From the NCBI GenBank assembly GCA_044236455.1, contig JBIIGJ010000008.1:405-64404 (forward strand): a DNA stretch of 64,000 bases, read 5' to 3'. Origin of the DNA: Pirellulales bacterium. GTDB taxonomy: Bacteria > Planctomycetota > Planctomycetia > Pirellulales > UBA1268. A program made the position numbers and the translations under genes. Positions 28,706-39,069 of the stretch are shown here, piece by piece; position 1 is the first letter of the stretch, and each line of letters begins with the position of its first letter. The notes under the pieces are model-generated. The model had not been told where the DNA came from, searched no databases, and was given only the letters and a program-made list of their open reading frames with translations.

Positions 28706-30337
28706 CTAACGCGGCGTGGCGGCGCCGATGGCCTCGGTCAGCGTGGCCCAGTCGCCGCTGAGCGCCTTGCCGAGCCGGGCGATCGAATTCTCCATGGACG
28801 CCAGTTCGATCGTGGCGGCGCGGAGCCGATCGTCGAAAGCATCTGCCGTCTCCGTGGCCGCGGCCGCGTCCTTCACCCATGACGTCAGATCGCCCTTCAA
28901 TTGCTTCGTCTCGTCCGCCACGGCGGCAGACTGCTTCTCCACGTTGTCGCGTGAGTTTTTGATCCGGACGATGGCCTCATCGATCGACTTCATCTCCATC
29001 ACGAGCCCCTGCCGGATGGCGTCGAGCCCCTCGGCTCGCAGCGGCTGTCCATCGGCGGTTTTCGCACCGAACTCAGCGCCACGGATCGCGGTGAGCGGGT
29101 CGGCGAGCGTCCGCCGCTCGACCACGCTCGTGATGCGGACCCACTGCTTGTCGTTTTGCAGGTCGATCGCCGTCTGCAGATCGAACTCGGCGAGTTCTCC
29201 CTCCTTGAACCGTTTCTGCTTGAATCGCTTGGTGATCGCGCCGGCGGTCGGATCGGCGTCCGTCGGCCCCTTTCCCCCACCACCCGCATCGCCGGGTTCG
29301 CCGGGTTCGATCATGGCGCCCGCTTCGCCCAGTTCTGCGTCATCATCACTTTCCGGCTCCGCTTCTTCCGCGGAGTCATCGAGAGCAAAACCTTCTTTTT
29401 TCGTGAACTTGACGTTCTTCGTGAACTCGACGTTGGCCCAGTAGCGGCCGGGGAGGATCTCGCCGGCAGCCAGCTTCTCTCCGAGTTGCGGCCAATCCTC
29501 CTCGGGTACCTTTTCGTCATGCCCCTTGAGGGCCTCCATCTGCTCCTCGAGGCTCTTCAGCTGATCCTCACCCGACGTTTTTTCCGGCCTCGGCATCCAG
29601 CGGCTCGCGGAGCCTCCGTCTGGTTTTGTGGCATCATCCGCCCCGGCGGCATCGGCGGGAGTCCGGTGGAAGGCCAGCCAACGGTCGACCGGCAGTTTTT
29701 CGTAGACGGTCACGTCGTCGTAGTTCCGAGTCCACAGTTTCGTGTCCGACTCGCTGGGCGGGGCCGGCGTGGCGGCAGGCACGATGGTCAGCTGGGCGTT
29801 TTCCGCCCCCTTGGCGGCAGTGACCGCCTGCACACGAAACAGCCCCAGGAACCGTCCTTCGTCTTCGACGCTCGCGTTGTCGAACACGGCCACTTCGGCG
29901 CCGGCAGCCAGCGGAGCGACCTCGCTCTCCTCGCTGGCCATCTCGATCGAGATCGTGCCCGGCTTGCCGTCACGCGGGGGGGAGAGCGTGGCGTTTTTCC
30001 AAGCCCGCCCGTGCCAGGTGTCGACGAATGCCAGGGCCCGCATCCAGCGGTCGCGACGGTTCCGCAGTCCTGCGAGAGACTTCGGGGCCGCCGCCGCGCC
30101 TGGTCCGCCCGTGCCGACGATGCGATCGATCTCGGCCTGGTTCTTGGCGACCAGGACCCGCCACGACCGCTCCCGCTCCGCCAGCCGTGCCGCCAGATAG
30201 ATGTAGCCCGTGGCTGCCAGCAGGAGCAGGATGGCCGCGGCCACGGTGCCCCAACTCCAGCCCTTGTTGCCGACGGCGATGGCAACCAGGCCGAGCAGCG
30301 CGACTAGGCCGATGATTGCCAGCGGAACGACTTCCAT
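28706..30337 (-). CDS. membrane-anchored hypothetical protein with C-terminal coiled coil
   Basis: Two N-terminal TM helices, acidic linker, heptad-rich tail. Confidence 0.8.
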   Translation of the reverse strand: MEVVPLAIIGLVALLGLVAIAVGNKGWSWGTVAAAILLLLAATGYIYLAARLAERERSWRVLVAKNQAEIDRIVGTGGPGAAAAPKSLAGLRNRRDRWMRALAFVDTWHGRAWKNATLSPPRDGKPGTISIEMASEESEVAPLAAGAEVAVFDNASVEDEGRFLGLFRVQAVTAAKGAENAQLTIVPAATPAPPSESDTKLWTRNYDDVTVYEKLPVDRWLAFHRTPADAAGADDATKPDGGSASRWMPRPEKTSGEDQLKSLEEQMEALKGHDEKVPEEDWPQLGEKLAAGEILPGRYWANVEFTKNVKFTKKEGFALDDSAEEAEPESDDDAELGEAGAMIEPGEPGDAGGGGKGPTDADPTAGAITKRFKQKRFKEGELAEFDLQTAIDLQNDKQWVRITSVVERRTLADPLTAIRGAEFGAKTADGQPLRAEGLDAIRQGLVMEMKSIDEAIVRIKNSRDNVEKQSAAVADETKQLKGDLTSWVKDAAAATETADAFDDRLRAATIELASMENSIARLGKALSGDWATLTEAIGAATPR

Positions 30338-30758
30338 GCAGCACCCAAAAGCGGCGGACGGCCGTCCGCAGAAACGTGGATTTCCGACACCAAACCCAGA
30401 TGATGCCCAAACCGATTCAGCCGAAGGGAGCGTCCATCAAGGCCCGGTGTTCCGGTTGCGCAAAGTATACCGGCGTCGGGCAAAGCCCCCCGTGGTCAGT
30501 TTCGTGTCACTGGGCCGCCGATCTTGAGCCCGTCGCCCCGCAGCGTTGCCTTCGGACGGCGCGTCGCGGTCGGGTGTCGCCCGCAGGCGACACCGGCGTC
30601 GACCGGCAAACCGAGCCACCGGAGCAAGGAACCCCCTTTTTTCCAGGGCCGAATGCCCCCGGGAAGGCGTCCAGAGGGGTTTTTTCAAGGAGCGGCGCGG
30701 GATCTGCAACTGGGGGTGGGGCAGTCGTTGTTTCCATGGAATCGCACGAGGAACCCCC

Positions 30759-32348
30759 ATGCGTCGCGTCGGTCCCCACCCGTCGAACCCCCTGCCGAAG
30801 GTCTCTCTGCCCAAGCCGTCTGCCCCCAAAATGCCGGCGGCTGCCCTGAGGCCGCGGAAGTCGACGGCCCGGATCGACGACCCGGTGCGGCTCTATCTTT
30901 TGCAGATGGGCTGCAACCCGCTGCTCAGCCGGGAGACCGAGGTTTCCAGTGCCCGAGAAATCGAACTGTGGCGCCGGAAGTTTCGTCACACGATGCTGGC
31001 CAACGATTTCATTCTTGCCGGTGCAGTGAATCTGCTGGAGCGGGTGAAGGCGGGCACGGTCCGCCTCGACCGGACGATCGAGGTGGCGGTGACCAACACC
31101 AAGGAGAAGGCCCGCTTCCTGAAGCGGTTGGGCCCCAATCTTGCCACGCTCCGGCTCATCGAACAGGAGAAGTCGCGGCTCTACCGCATCGCCATGTCGC
31201 GGAGCGTGCCGCTGGAACGGCGGCGGGTCGCCTGGCGGCGGCTCGTGCGGCAGCGGAACAAGGCGGTGCGGCTGGTCGAGGAGATGCATCTGCGGATCCA
31301 GCGGCTCACGCCGCTCCTCAAGCAACTGCGGGGAATTGGCGGACGGATCGAGGAGGTGCGCGGACAGCTCGGCGAGCATGGCGGCGGCGCTGACCGGGAT
31401 GCCCTGCAGCGTGAGCACCGCCGGCTGCTCTTGTCCACGCGGGAAAGTCGCCGCACGCTGGCACGGCGGCTGCTCATGCTCGACGACCTGCAGCAGCGGT
31501 ATGACGCGGCCAAGCGTGAGCTCGCCGCCGGCAACCTGCGGCTGGTCGTTTCGATCGCCAAGCGCTACCGGCATCGCGGGCTCTCCTTCCTGGATCTCAT
31601 TCAGGAAGGCAACTCCGGGCTGATGCGGGCGGTCGACAAGTTCGAGCATGCCCGTGGTTTCAAGTTCTCGACCTATGCCACTTGGTGGATCCGGCAGGCG
31701 ATCACCCGCGCGATCGCCGACCAGAGCCGCACGATCCGTGTGCCGGTGCACATGGTCGACACGATCACGAAGCTGCGCAACGCCTCGCGGCTGTTCGTTC
31801 AGCGGCACGGCCGTGAGCCAAACATCGATGAGATGGCCGAAATCACGGGGCTTTCCGTCGAGGAGGCCCATTGCATCTGGCGGATGTCGCGGCAGCCGGT
31901 CTCGCTCGATCAGCCACTCGGTGAGAGCGAGGACGGAGCCGTGGGCGAGTTTGTCAGCGACCATCGGGACGAGGATCCGCTGCAGGCGGTCAACCAACAG
32001 TCGCTCAAGTCGCTCATTGGCCGGGCGCTTGAGGGGCTCTCCTACCGGGAGCGGGAGATTCTCCGTCTTCGCTTCGGCCTCGCCGACGGCTACAGCTACA
32101 CGCTGGAAGAGGTGGGCACGCTCTTCGATGTGACACGGGAGCGGGTTCGCCAGATCGAGGCCAAGGCCGTCGAAAAACTCCGCGAGCCGGGGCTCCACGC
32201 CCAGCTGACGGGCTTTGTCGACGAGCGGGCCTTCTCGCGGCTTGTTGCAGCTACTCCGAGACGCAGGCCCACCGTGGCCAGAGGGCTCCCTGACGACCTC
32301 GCCGCCGACACGGCCGACATGCCGGAGTTGGAGGCAGCCATCCCTTGA
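30759..32348 (+). CDS. RpoD/SigA-family sigma-70 factor (no region 1.1)
   Basis: [37 protein letters not shown] and TLEEVG...TRERVRQIE motifs; GAGGA RBS. Confidence 0.95.
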   Translation: MRRVGPHPSNPLPKVSLPKPSAPKMPAAALRPRKSTARIDDPVRLYLLQMGCNPLLSRETEVSSAREIELWRRKFRHTMLANDFILAGAVNLLERVKAGTVRLDRTIEVAVTNTKEKARFLKRLGPNLATLRLIEQEKSRLYRIAMSRSVPLERRRVAWRRLVRQRNKAVRLVEEMHLRIQRLTPLLKQLRGIGGRIEEVRGQLGEHGGGADRDALQREHRRLLLSTRESRRTLARRLLMLDDLQQRYDAAKRELAAGNLRLVVSIAKRYRHRGLSFLDLIQEGNSGLMRAVDKFEHARGFKFSTYATWWIRQAITRAIADQSRTIRVPVHMVDTITKLRNASRLFVQRHGREPNIDEMAEITGLSVEEAHCIWRMSRQPVSLDQPLGESEDGAVGEFVSDHRDEDPLQAVNQQSLKSLIGRALEGLSYREREILRLRFGLADGYSYTLEEVGTLFDVTRERVRQIEAKAVEKLREPGLHAQLTGFVDERAFSRLVAATPRRRPTVARGLPDDLAADTADMPELEAAIP

Positions 32349-32388
32349 TGGCCGCTTGAAAAACGTCGACAAACTGTTGCCACGCACG

Positions 32389-32410
32389 CCCGAAGCGTGA
32401 GCGATGGGAT
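32389..32410. repeat. REP-like unit CCCGAAGCGTGAGCG
   Basis: cccgaagcgtgagcgatgggat resembles the reverse complement of 18932-18955 (atcccgaagcgtcagcgccgggat). Confidence 0.55.
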
Positions 32411-32433
32411 GTTTCGTCGTTTTCGCGCTGCCG

Positions 32434-32763
32434 TTAGGCCGACTTTGCCTCGTCGAGGGACTGCTGGAGCTTGGCCTTCGGCTGAACGCCCATGAACTGC
32501 TGCACGAGCCGGCCGCCGCTGAAGATCATGATCGTGGGGATGCTCGCCACGTTGTAGGTCATCGCCAGTTGGCTGTTCTCGTCGACGTTCACCTTGCCCA
32601 CGCGGAAGGAACCGGCGTTCTCCACGGAGAGTTCCTCGATCGTCGGTCCGATCATCCGGCATGGTCCGCACCACGGGGCCCAGAAGTCGACGAGCACCGG
32701 CACCGGGGAGTCGAGCACTTCCCGCTGAAAGTTGTCGTCGGTGAATTCAAGCGCGCTTCCCAT
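32434..32763 (-). CDS. trxA: thioredoxin
   Basis: [12 protein letters not shown] and SIPT motifs; AAGGAG RBS. Confidence 0.97.
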   Translation of the reverse strand: MGSALEFTDDNFQREVLDSPVPVLVDFWAPWCGPCRMIGPTIEELSVENAGSFRVGKVNVDENSQLAMTYNVASIPTIMIFSGGRLVQQFMGVQPKAKLQQSLDEAKSA

Positions 32764-32851
32764 GGGTTTTAACTCCTTCGTTTCCGTCAGGGTTTTGAGT
32801 ATGACTCGTGGATGTGAGACGATATCGAGTCGCGGAGTATAGCAGGCCTTC

Positions 32852-33238
32852 ATGCACGACCACCACCATGCGATTCATTTGGGGGCTGCCTGGGAGCCGC
32901 CCGCACCGGCCGCGGCCGGTGGCGTTGTGCTCTGGACGCGGCGGTTTGGCCGCCCTGCGGGGCTCGAGCCCGGCGATCGGGTGCTGCTCGTCATCGTCCG
33001 GCCCGCGGTCGCGGCCGGGATGGCGGTCAACGCCGTTCCCCTGCCCTCGCTGGAGGCCGGCGCGACCCACTGGACGCACGACATCACCTCCCTGCTCCGT
33101 GAACGCAACGAACTGGTGATCTCGGTGGCCACCGCCTTGGGCCTCGATGCCGCTCTCGGTTCGCGTGGTCGCAGCCCGCTGCCGTCAGCCGTCGGTACGG
33201 TCAGACTCGAGATCGTGTCCGCGATCCGTCGTGCTTGA
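32852..33238 (+). CDS. hypothetical protein
   Basis: 128-aa ORF with RRFGRP...DITSLLRERNELVI...VRLEI, a beta-sandwich-like pattern. Confidence 0.7.
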   Translation: MHDHHHAIHLGAAWEPPAPAAAGGVVLWTRRFGRPAGLEPGDRVLLVIVRPAVAAGMAVNAVPLPSLEAGATHWTHDITSLLRERNELVISVATALGLDAALGSRGRSPLPSAVGTVRLEIVSAIRRA

Positions 33239-33335
33239 CACCATCGGGCAACTACCGCTACGAACACTTGCGGTGATGCGGTCCGCTGGTGACGGCATCG
33301 ATCCGGGAACCACAGAGCGTCAACGAGGTATTGGA

Positions 33336-33539
33336 ATGTCGGTCATTCGTGTCGGAAGCAGCGGCAGCTACGCCCAGGGCTGGGACGATGTATTTGGCAA
33401 GTCGAAGGTGGGCAAGTCGAAGACCGCCGCGAAGAAGACGGCGAAACCATCCGCCAAGCCTGCAGCCGCCAAGAAACCCGCAGCCGTGAAGAAGGCGGCC
33501 AAGCCGGCTGCCAAGACGAAGGCTGGCAAGAAGCGGTAG
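33336..33539 (+). CDS. small basic Lys/Ala/Pro-rich protein (histone H1-like tail)
   Basis: GAGGT RBS; MSVIRVGS...GWDDVFG head followed by AAKK/KPAA repeats. Confidence 0.8.
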   Translation: MSVIRVGSSGSYAQGWDDVFGKSKVGKSKTAAKKTAKPSAKPAAAKKPAAVKKAAKPAAKTKAGKKR

Positions 33540-33557
33540 CCTTGCAGGGGCTTCCGG

Positions 33558-34403
33558 TCACTTCCCCAGTTCGCGGGCGCGGGCGGCGGCCGTCACCACG
33601 GCGTCGATCAGCGCGCCGCGGACGCCCCGCTGCTCGAGCACGGCCAGGCCGGCGATCGTCGTGCCACCCGGGCTCGAGACGCGATCCTTGATCTGCGCGG
33701 GATGCTCACCGGTTTGGTCAAGCAGCGCCGCCGTGCCGGAGAGCGTCTCTGTCGCGAGCGCGAGCGCGAGGCTGCGCGGCAGGCCGGCCTTCACGCCTCC
33801 GTCGGCCAGCGCCTCGACGAGCAAAGCCACGAATCCCGGCCCCGAGCCCGAAAGCCCGGTGACGGCATCCATGAGCGACTCGTCCGCCTCGTGCACGCGG
33901 CCCACCGCGGCGAGCAGTTCCAGCACGTTCGCCATATCGGCAGCCGGCACCTCGGGCGTGCGGCAGACCACCGACACGCCCCGCCCGACCAGGCAGGGGG
34001 TGTTGGGCATCACGCGGACGATGCGGCGTGTGCCCGTGAGTGTGGCGAGGTTGTTGAGCGTGAGCCCGGCCACGATCGAGACGACGACTGCATCGGCCCC
34101 CAGGGCGGCGGAAAACTCCGTGCAGGCCGCGGCCGCCTGCTGCGGTTTGACGGCAAGAAACACGAGTCTCGCCGCGGCCGCCGCTTCGCTGCCGCTGGTC
34201 GCAAAACGGATGCCCGGCACCCGCGAAGCCAGCCGCTCCCGCGCGGCCGGAATGGGATCGTGCACCGTGATGTCGGAGGGCTGGAGCAGTCCCGCCCGGC
34301 AGAAACCCTCGGCCAGCGCGAGCGCCATCTGGCCGCCGCCGATCATGGCGATCGCTCTCGAACCCGCGACTCTCGAACCCTCGGCGCGCGCGGCTTGACT
34401 CAT
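33558..34403 (-). CDS. proC: pyrroline-5-carboxylate reductase
   Basis: IGGGQMA, LAVKPQ, RVMPNTP, GLSGSGP and VSSPGGTT motifs. Confidence 0.96.
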   Translation of the reverse strand: MSQAARAEGSRVAGSRAIAMIGGGQMALALAEGFCRAGLLQPSDITVHDPIPAARERLASRVPGIRFATSGSEAAAAARLVFLAVKPQQAAAACTEFSAALGADAVVVSIVAGLTLNNLATLTGTRRIVRVMPNTPCLVGRGVSVVCRTPEVPAADMANVLELLAAVGRVHEADESLMDAVTGLSGSGPGFVALLVEALADGGVKAGLPRSLALALATETLSGTAALLDQTGEHPAQIKDRVSSPGGTTIAGLAVLEQRGVRGALIDAVVTAAARARELGK

Positions 34404-35635
34404 GGGTGTGATGCTCCTTCTGCAACAGGTTCCAGGGCGGCGTCGATCGCAGTGGCATCGATCCGGCTCACCCACAGCTGGCTGGTCGCCGCCCGGCCAC
34501 CGCCTTCCCCGCCTCGGCTGGCCGTCCACATCAGCAGCGTGCCGTCGGGCGAAAACGCGGGCAGGACGTCGGCTCCCTCGTGGTCGGTGATCCGCAGCGG
34601 AAGGCCGGTGCGGAGGCCGGCGTGGCCCTCCGCGGCTCCGTCGCCATCTCCAGTGGTGGCATACCGCGCGATCCACAGATCATAATTGGGACGCTTCGCG
34701 GGGTCGGAATGATCCGCGCCGGTCCAGATCAGCCACGGCTTCGTGGGATGCCAGTAAGGGGCCCACCGCACCCCCTGCCCGCTCGTGATTGCCATATCGC
34801 CCGAGCCGTCGGCCTTCATGACATGGATCTGCAGCATGTCCTTCTCCAGACGGTCGGTGCGGTAGGCGATCCAGCGGCCGTCGGGCGAGAAGAACGGGCC
34901 GCCGTCATAGCCGGGCTGGTTCGTCAGCTGTCGGATGTTTCCGCCGTCGGCGTCCATCACGTAGATGTCGGGATCGCCGTCGCGATCGCTGACGAACAGG
35001 ATCTGTTTGCCGTCGGGCGAAAACGAACACTCGGCGTCGTAGCCCGGCTCGTGCGTGAGCTGCACGAGGCCGTTCCCCTCGCCGGCAGCTGGCTGGAGGT
35101 TCGCCACGAAGATGTCGGTCTGCGGATCGAAGTCCCACTGGTACCGTCGCCGCCGGCCGGTTTTCCGGTCCTCCTCGGCCTGGGCCCGGGCCGCAGACTC
35201 CGTGGCGTCGAGCTGCGGGTCGAGGTGGCTCGAGGCAAACAAGAGCCGCTTGCCGTCGGGCGCGAACCAACTGCAGGTCGTTCGGCCGCGGCCGGTGCTG
35301 ATCCGCACCGGCATGCCGGGCCGCGGCGCGGCGGCGTCGAAGGGCTGCACGAAGATCTGGTAGAACGGATAGTCGGCGGGCACCGCCTGATAGCAGATTC
35401 GCCGCATGTCGGGCGAGAAGTATCCTTCTCCCGCTTTCGGCATGCCGAGGGTGACCTGCGTTGGTGGAGTCAGGAACTGGCTCTCGAGGGGTGACAGGCC
35501 GTTGCTCGCGGCGGCGGCTGGCGCCGGCTCGGCAGCCAGGCACACCGTCGGCAGCAGGCATGCCTGCACGGAAACCACCGCCGTCAGGGCGGCGGCTGCA
35601 AAATGAAAAAAGAGTGGATTGAAGGTTTTGCTCAT
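34400..35635 (-). CDS. TolB-like PD40 beta-propeller periplasmic protein
   Basis: Repeated FSPDG motifs, GYDAECSFSPDG and GYDGGPFFSPDG; signal peptide. Confidence 0.88.
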   Translation of the reverse strand: MSKTFNPLFFHFAAAALTAVVSVQACLLPTVCLAAEPAPAAAASNGLSPLESQFLTPPTQVTLGMPKAGEGYFSPDMRRICYQAVPADYPFYQIFVQPFDAAAPRPGMPVRISTGRGRTTCSWFAPDGKRLLFASSHLDPQLDATESAARAQAEEDRKTGRRRRYQWDFDPQTDIFVANLQPAAGEGNGLVQLTHEPGYDAECSFSPDGKQILFVSDRDGDPDIYVMDADGGNIRQLTNQPGYDGGPFFSPDGRWIAYRTDRLEKDMLQIHVMKADGSGDMAITSGQGVRWAPYWHPTKPWLIWTGADHSDPAKRPNYDLWIARYATTGDGDGAAEGHAGLRTGLPLRITDHEGADVLPAFSPDGTLLMWTASRGGEGGGRAATSQLWVSRIDATAIDAALEPVAEGASHP

Positions 35636-35719
35636 GCGGCCCAGTATATGCGATGACAGGCAACAGGCTGTTTGGTCGGTGATCATCCGCAAGGAAACTG
35701 CAAGGAGAAGCATACGGGC

Positions 35720-36262
35720 ATGAAGATCTACACGAAGACCGGCGATGCGGGCGAGACGGGCCTCTTCGGGGGGCCGCGAGTAGCGAAGGACCACTCGCGG
35801 ATCGAGGCCTTCGGGACGGTGGACGAACTCAACAGCCATCTCGGGCTGGTACGCACGCTTCCTGCCGCCGGTGAATTCGACGCCCTCCTGAGGCGAATCC
35901 AGTGCGAACTGTTCGATCTCGGCGCCCAACTGGCGACGCCTGGGGCCGTCGAGGAGCGGATCAAGACGGGCCATGTCGAGTATCTGGAGGCGGAGATCGA
36001 TCGCCACGAAGCGATGATCGAGCCGCTCAAGTGCTTCATCCTGCCGACAGGAACCCCGCTGGCAGCCGCCCTGCACGTCGCCCGCACGGTCTGCAGGCGG
36101 GCCGAACGCCGCGTGGTCACCCTGGCCAGCCGGCTGGAGACGACGATTCCTGCCAATGCAATTGAATATTTGAATCGTCTGGGCGACCTGCTCTTCGTGC
36201 TGGCGCGGGAGGCCAACCGCCGGGACGACGTGGCCGATGATCCGTGGCATCCGGCGACATGA
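35720..36262 (+). CDS. cob(I)alamin adenosyltransferase, PduO type
   Basis: MKIYTKTGDAGET, GTVDELNS, RTVCRRAER and YLNRLGDLLF motifs. Confidence 0.95.
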   Translation: MKIYTKTGDAGETGLFGGPRVAKDHSRIEAFGTVDELNSHLGLVRTLPAAGEFDALLRRIQCELFDLGAQLATPGAVEERIKTGHVEYLEAEIDRHEAMIEPLKCFILPTGTPLAAALHVARTVCRRAERRVVTLASRLETTIPANAIEYLNRLGDLLFVLAREANRRDDVADDPWHPAT

Positions 36263-38907
36263 CCGACGCCCTCGCTCTGACCGCCGCGACCACCTTTCGG
36301 CCCGCCGTGACGCAGGCGGCAGCCGCTCTCGCGGAACTTCGGCGGCGCATTGCCGCGCAGCATGCCGCTGACGCGCCGGGCATTCAGACCTGCGGCCTCG
36401 CCTCAGACCTCTGCGATGCGGTCGTCATCGGGCTGTGGAACGCGCTCCTGGATGACCTGCCCGCAGCGGCGGCCGCCATGCTCCGCCGCCATGCGGCGCT
36501 CGTGGCCCATGGCGGCTACGGCCGGCGCGAGATGGCGCCGTTCTCCGACATCGATCTCATGCTGCTCTACGACCGCGGGGCCGCCGGACCGGTGGCCGAC
36601 GCCGCCAAGCGGCTGCTGCAGGATCTGTTCGATGCCGGCGCCGACGTGGGCCAGAGCGTGCGGACCGTGGACGAAGCCTGTCGCCTCGCCGCTGCCGACC
36701 CCACGATCCTCAGTTCGCTTCTCGAGTGCCGGCCGCTGGCCGGAAACCAAGATCTGCTTGCACGGCTCGAAACCCGGCTCCGGGGGCTCGTGCAGCGGGG
36801 GCAGTCGCGGCTGGCGAGGGCCCTCGTCGATGCCCGGCGCGAGGAGGCGATCAAATACGGCGAAACAGTCGCGCTCCTGGAGCCGAATGTGAAGCGATCG
36901 CCGGGCGGCCTGCGCGACATCCAACTGGTGCGGTGGCTGGGCCGGGTGCTCTATGGCGAATCGAAGTTCGACACGCTGGCGCTCGCTGGCGGCCTGTCGC
37001 GGGCCGACGCCGACACGCTCCGCGACGCGGCTGAATTTCTGACGCGGCTGCGAAACGAGATGCATCTCGCCGCTGGTAAGGCGGCGGACGATCTCACGCG
37101 CGATCAGCAACTCCGCATCGCCGAGGCGCGCGGCATCGAGTCGCGGGACGGGCTGCTCGGCGTTGAGCGGTTTATGCGAGACTACTTCCGGCACACGCGG
37201 GGCGTGGCGCAGGTGGCCGAGACGCTGATCGCCGGCCTCCGCCGGCCCCATCCGGCGCGGGTCTTCGTCGCCGGCGTCCTCGGCAACCGGGTCGACGGGC
37301 TGTTTCGCGTCGGGCCGCACGATATCGCGGCGGCCGCCGGCTGCCTGCCGCAGGTGGTGGGAAGCCTGGGCTCGATCGTGCGGCTGGTTGAACTGTCGAT
37401 GCTCTACGACCTGCCGATCGACCATGCCACGTGGCGGGCGGTGCGTGCCGCTATCCCGAGCCTGCCTGCGGCGGCCGACGTCGATTCCAGGCAGCGGTTC
37501 CTCGGGTTTTTCGCGCGGCCGCGGCGGCTGGGGTATGCCCTGCGGCGGCTGCACGAGGTGGGGGCGCTGGAGATTCTCATCCCGGAGTTCGCCCACGCCC
37601 GGAACCTGCTGCAATTCAACAACTATCACAAGTACACCGTTGACGAGCATTGCATCGTGGCCGTCGAACGGGCGGCCGAACTGGAGGATGACGCCGGCTG
37701 GCTGGGGGCTGTCTGGCGACAGCTCAACCGCAAGCGGCCTCTGCTCCTGGCGCTGTTGATCCACGACCTCGGCAAGGGCTTCGTTGAGGACCACAGCGAC
37801 ATCGGGGCGCGGATGGCCCGCGACGTGACGGCTCGCTTCGGCCTGCCTGCCGACGAAGCTGAGATCGTGGAGTTTCTCGTGCACAAGCATCTCACGATGG
37901 CGCACCAGGCGTTTCGGCGGGATACCGCCGACGACAGCCTCGTGGTGCGGTTTGCCCGCGAGGTGGGCTCGCCGGAGGTGCTGCGGATGCTGGCGGTGCT
38001 CACGGCGGCCGACGTCAGTGCCGTCGGGCCGAGCGTCTGGACACGGTGGAAGGCCGACCTGCTCGGTGAACTCTATTTCCGCACGCTCGGCACCCTCGAC
38101 GGTGAAACTCCTTCGGTGATGGCGGACCGCCACCGCCACTCGCTCGACGAACTGCTGGCGGGCCGCGACCCCGACGACGGCGTCGTGCGGCTCGCGCGCC
38201 AGTTGCCGCCCTCCTATCTCCACGACACGGAGCCCAGCCGCATGCTCGAGGAGTTGGGGAAGCTGTCGCGGCTCGCCGCCGACTCCATGTTCGTCGGCAC
38301 CCGCTGGCAGCCCGCGACCGGCACCGTGGCGGTCACCGTGGCCGCCAGGGAATCGGTCGCCAGCGGGGTGTTCCATCGGCTCACCGGTGCACTCACCAGC
38401 CAACGGCTCGAGATTCTCGCGGCCGACATCCACACGCTCGATCAAGGGCTCGTGCTCGACCACTTCGTCGTGCATGATCCGGATTACGCGGGCGAGCCGC
38501 CGGCAGAACGGCTGACGGAGATCGCGGCCGCCATTCGCGCGGCGGTCAAGGCGGATCAATCCCCGTCGTTCACGCGGCGTTGGAATCCATTCGCGCCGCT
38601 GCCGATACCGGCCGCGACCGCGCCGGCCCGCGTGCGATTCGACAATGAAAGTTCCGCGCACGCGACGATCCTGGAGGTGTTCGCCCACGACTCGGTCGGC
38701 CTGCTCTACGCGATCGCAAGGACGATCTACGACGAGGGGCTGTCGGTGCGGTCGGCGAAGATCGGCACCTATCTCGATCAGGTGGTGGACGCGTTCCACG
38801 TCACCGATGAGGCGGGCCGGAAAGTGGTCGACCCTGAGCGGCTCGCCAGGATCCGCCAGGCCATCGAACGCGTGGCCGCACCTGTCACGGGACCGGGCGG
38901 CGGATGA
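36259..38907 (+). CDS. glnD: [protein-PII] uridylyltransferase
   Basis: GGYGRRE...SDIDL, NVKRSPGGLRD, YHKYTVDEH, HDLGKG and C-terminal ACT domains. Confidence 0.95.
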   Translation: MTDALALTAATTFRPAVTQAAAALAELRRRIAAQHAADAPGIQTCGLASDLCDAVVIGLWNALLDDLPAAAAAMLRRHAALVAHGGYGRREMAPFSDIDLMLLYDRGAAGPVADAAKRLLQDLFDAGADVGQSVRTVDEACRLAAADPTILSSLLECRPLAGNQDLLARLETRLRGLVQRGQSRLARALVDARREEAIKYGETVALLEPNVKRSPGGLRDIQLVRWLGRVLYGESKFDTLALAGGLSRADADTLRDAAEFLTRLRNEMHLAAGKAADDLTRDQQLRIAEARGIESRDGLLGVERFMRDYFRHTRGVAQVAETLIAGLRRPHPARVFVAGVLGNRVDGLFRVGPHDIAAAAGCLPQVVGSLGSIVRLVELSMLYDLPIDHATWRAVRAAIPSLPAAADVDSRQRFLGFFARPRRLGYALRRLHEVGALEILIPEFAHARNLLQFNNYHKYTVDEHCIVAVERAAELEDDAGWLGAVWRQLNRKRPLLLALLIHDLGKGFVEDHSDIGARMARDVTARFGLPADEAEIVEFLVHKHLTMAHQAFRRDTADDSLVVRFAREVGSPEVLRMLAVLTAADVSAVGPSVWTRWKADLLGELYFRTLGTLDGETPSVMADRHRHSLDELLAGRDPDDGVVRLARQLPPSYLHDTEPSRMLEELGKLSRLAADSMFVGTRWQPATGTVAVTVAARESVASGVFHRLTGALTSQRLEILAADIHTLDQGLVLDHFVVHDPDYAGEPPAERLTEIAAAIRAAVKADQSPSFTRRWNPFAPLPIPAATAPARVRFDNESSAHATILEVFAHDSVGLLYAIARTIYDEGLSVRSAKIGTYLDQVVDAFHVTDEAGRKVVDPERLARIRQAIERVAAPVTGPGGG

Positions 38908-38934
38908 TCGAGCGACCATTCCCACAACAAAAAG

Positions 38935-39042
38935 CCCCGGGTGGAAACCCGGGGACACCGGGCCGTTGGGCGATCCCGAATGGGCATGGCCCGCGGGACG
39001 ATGTTCCCGCCCGGAGCCCCCCCCGGCTCCCGCCGGGGGGCT
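38935..39042. repeat. pair of GC-rich REP-like hairpins between convergent genes
   Basis: ccccgggt-ggaa-acccgggg (38935-54) and ccccccggc-tccc-gccgggggg (about 39019-40). Confidence 0.55.
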
Positions 39043-39069
39043 CTTGTCGTGGATGGCTTCCTCCGCCCG

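Noticed and set aside
34356-34380. ctctcgaaccc short duplication at the proC 5' end
   Set aside because: In-frame micro-duplication in a disordered N-terminus (GSRVAGSRA); no further significance evident.
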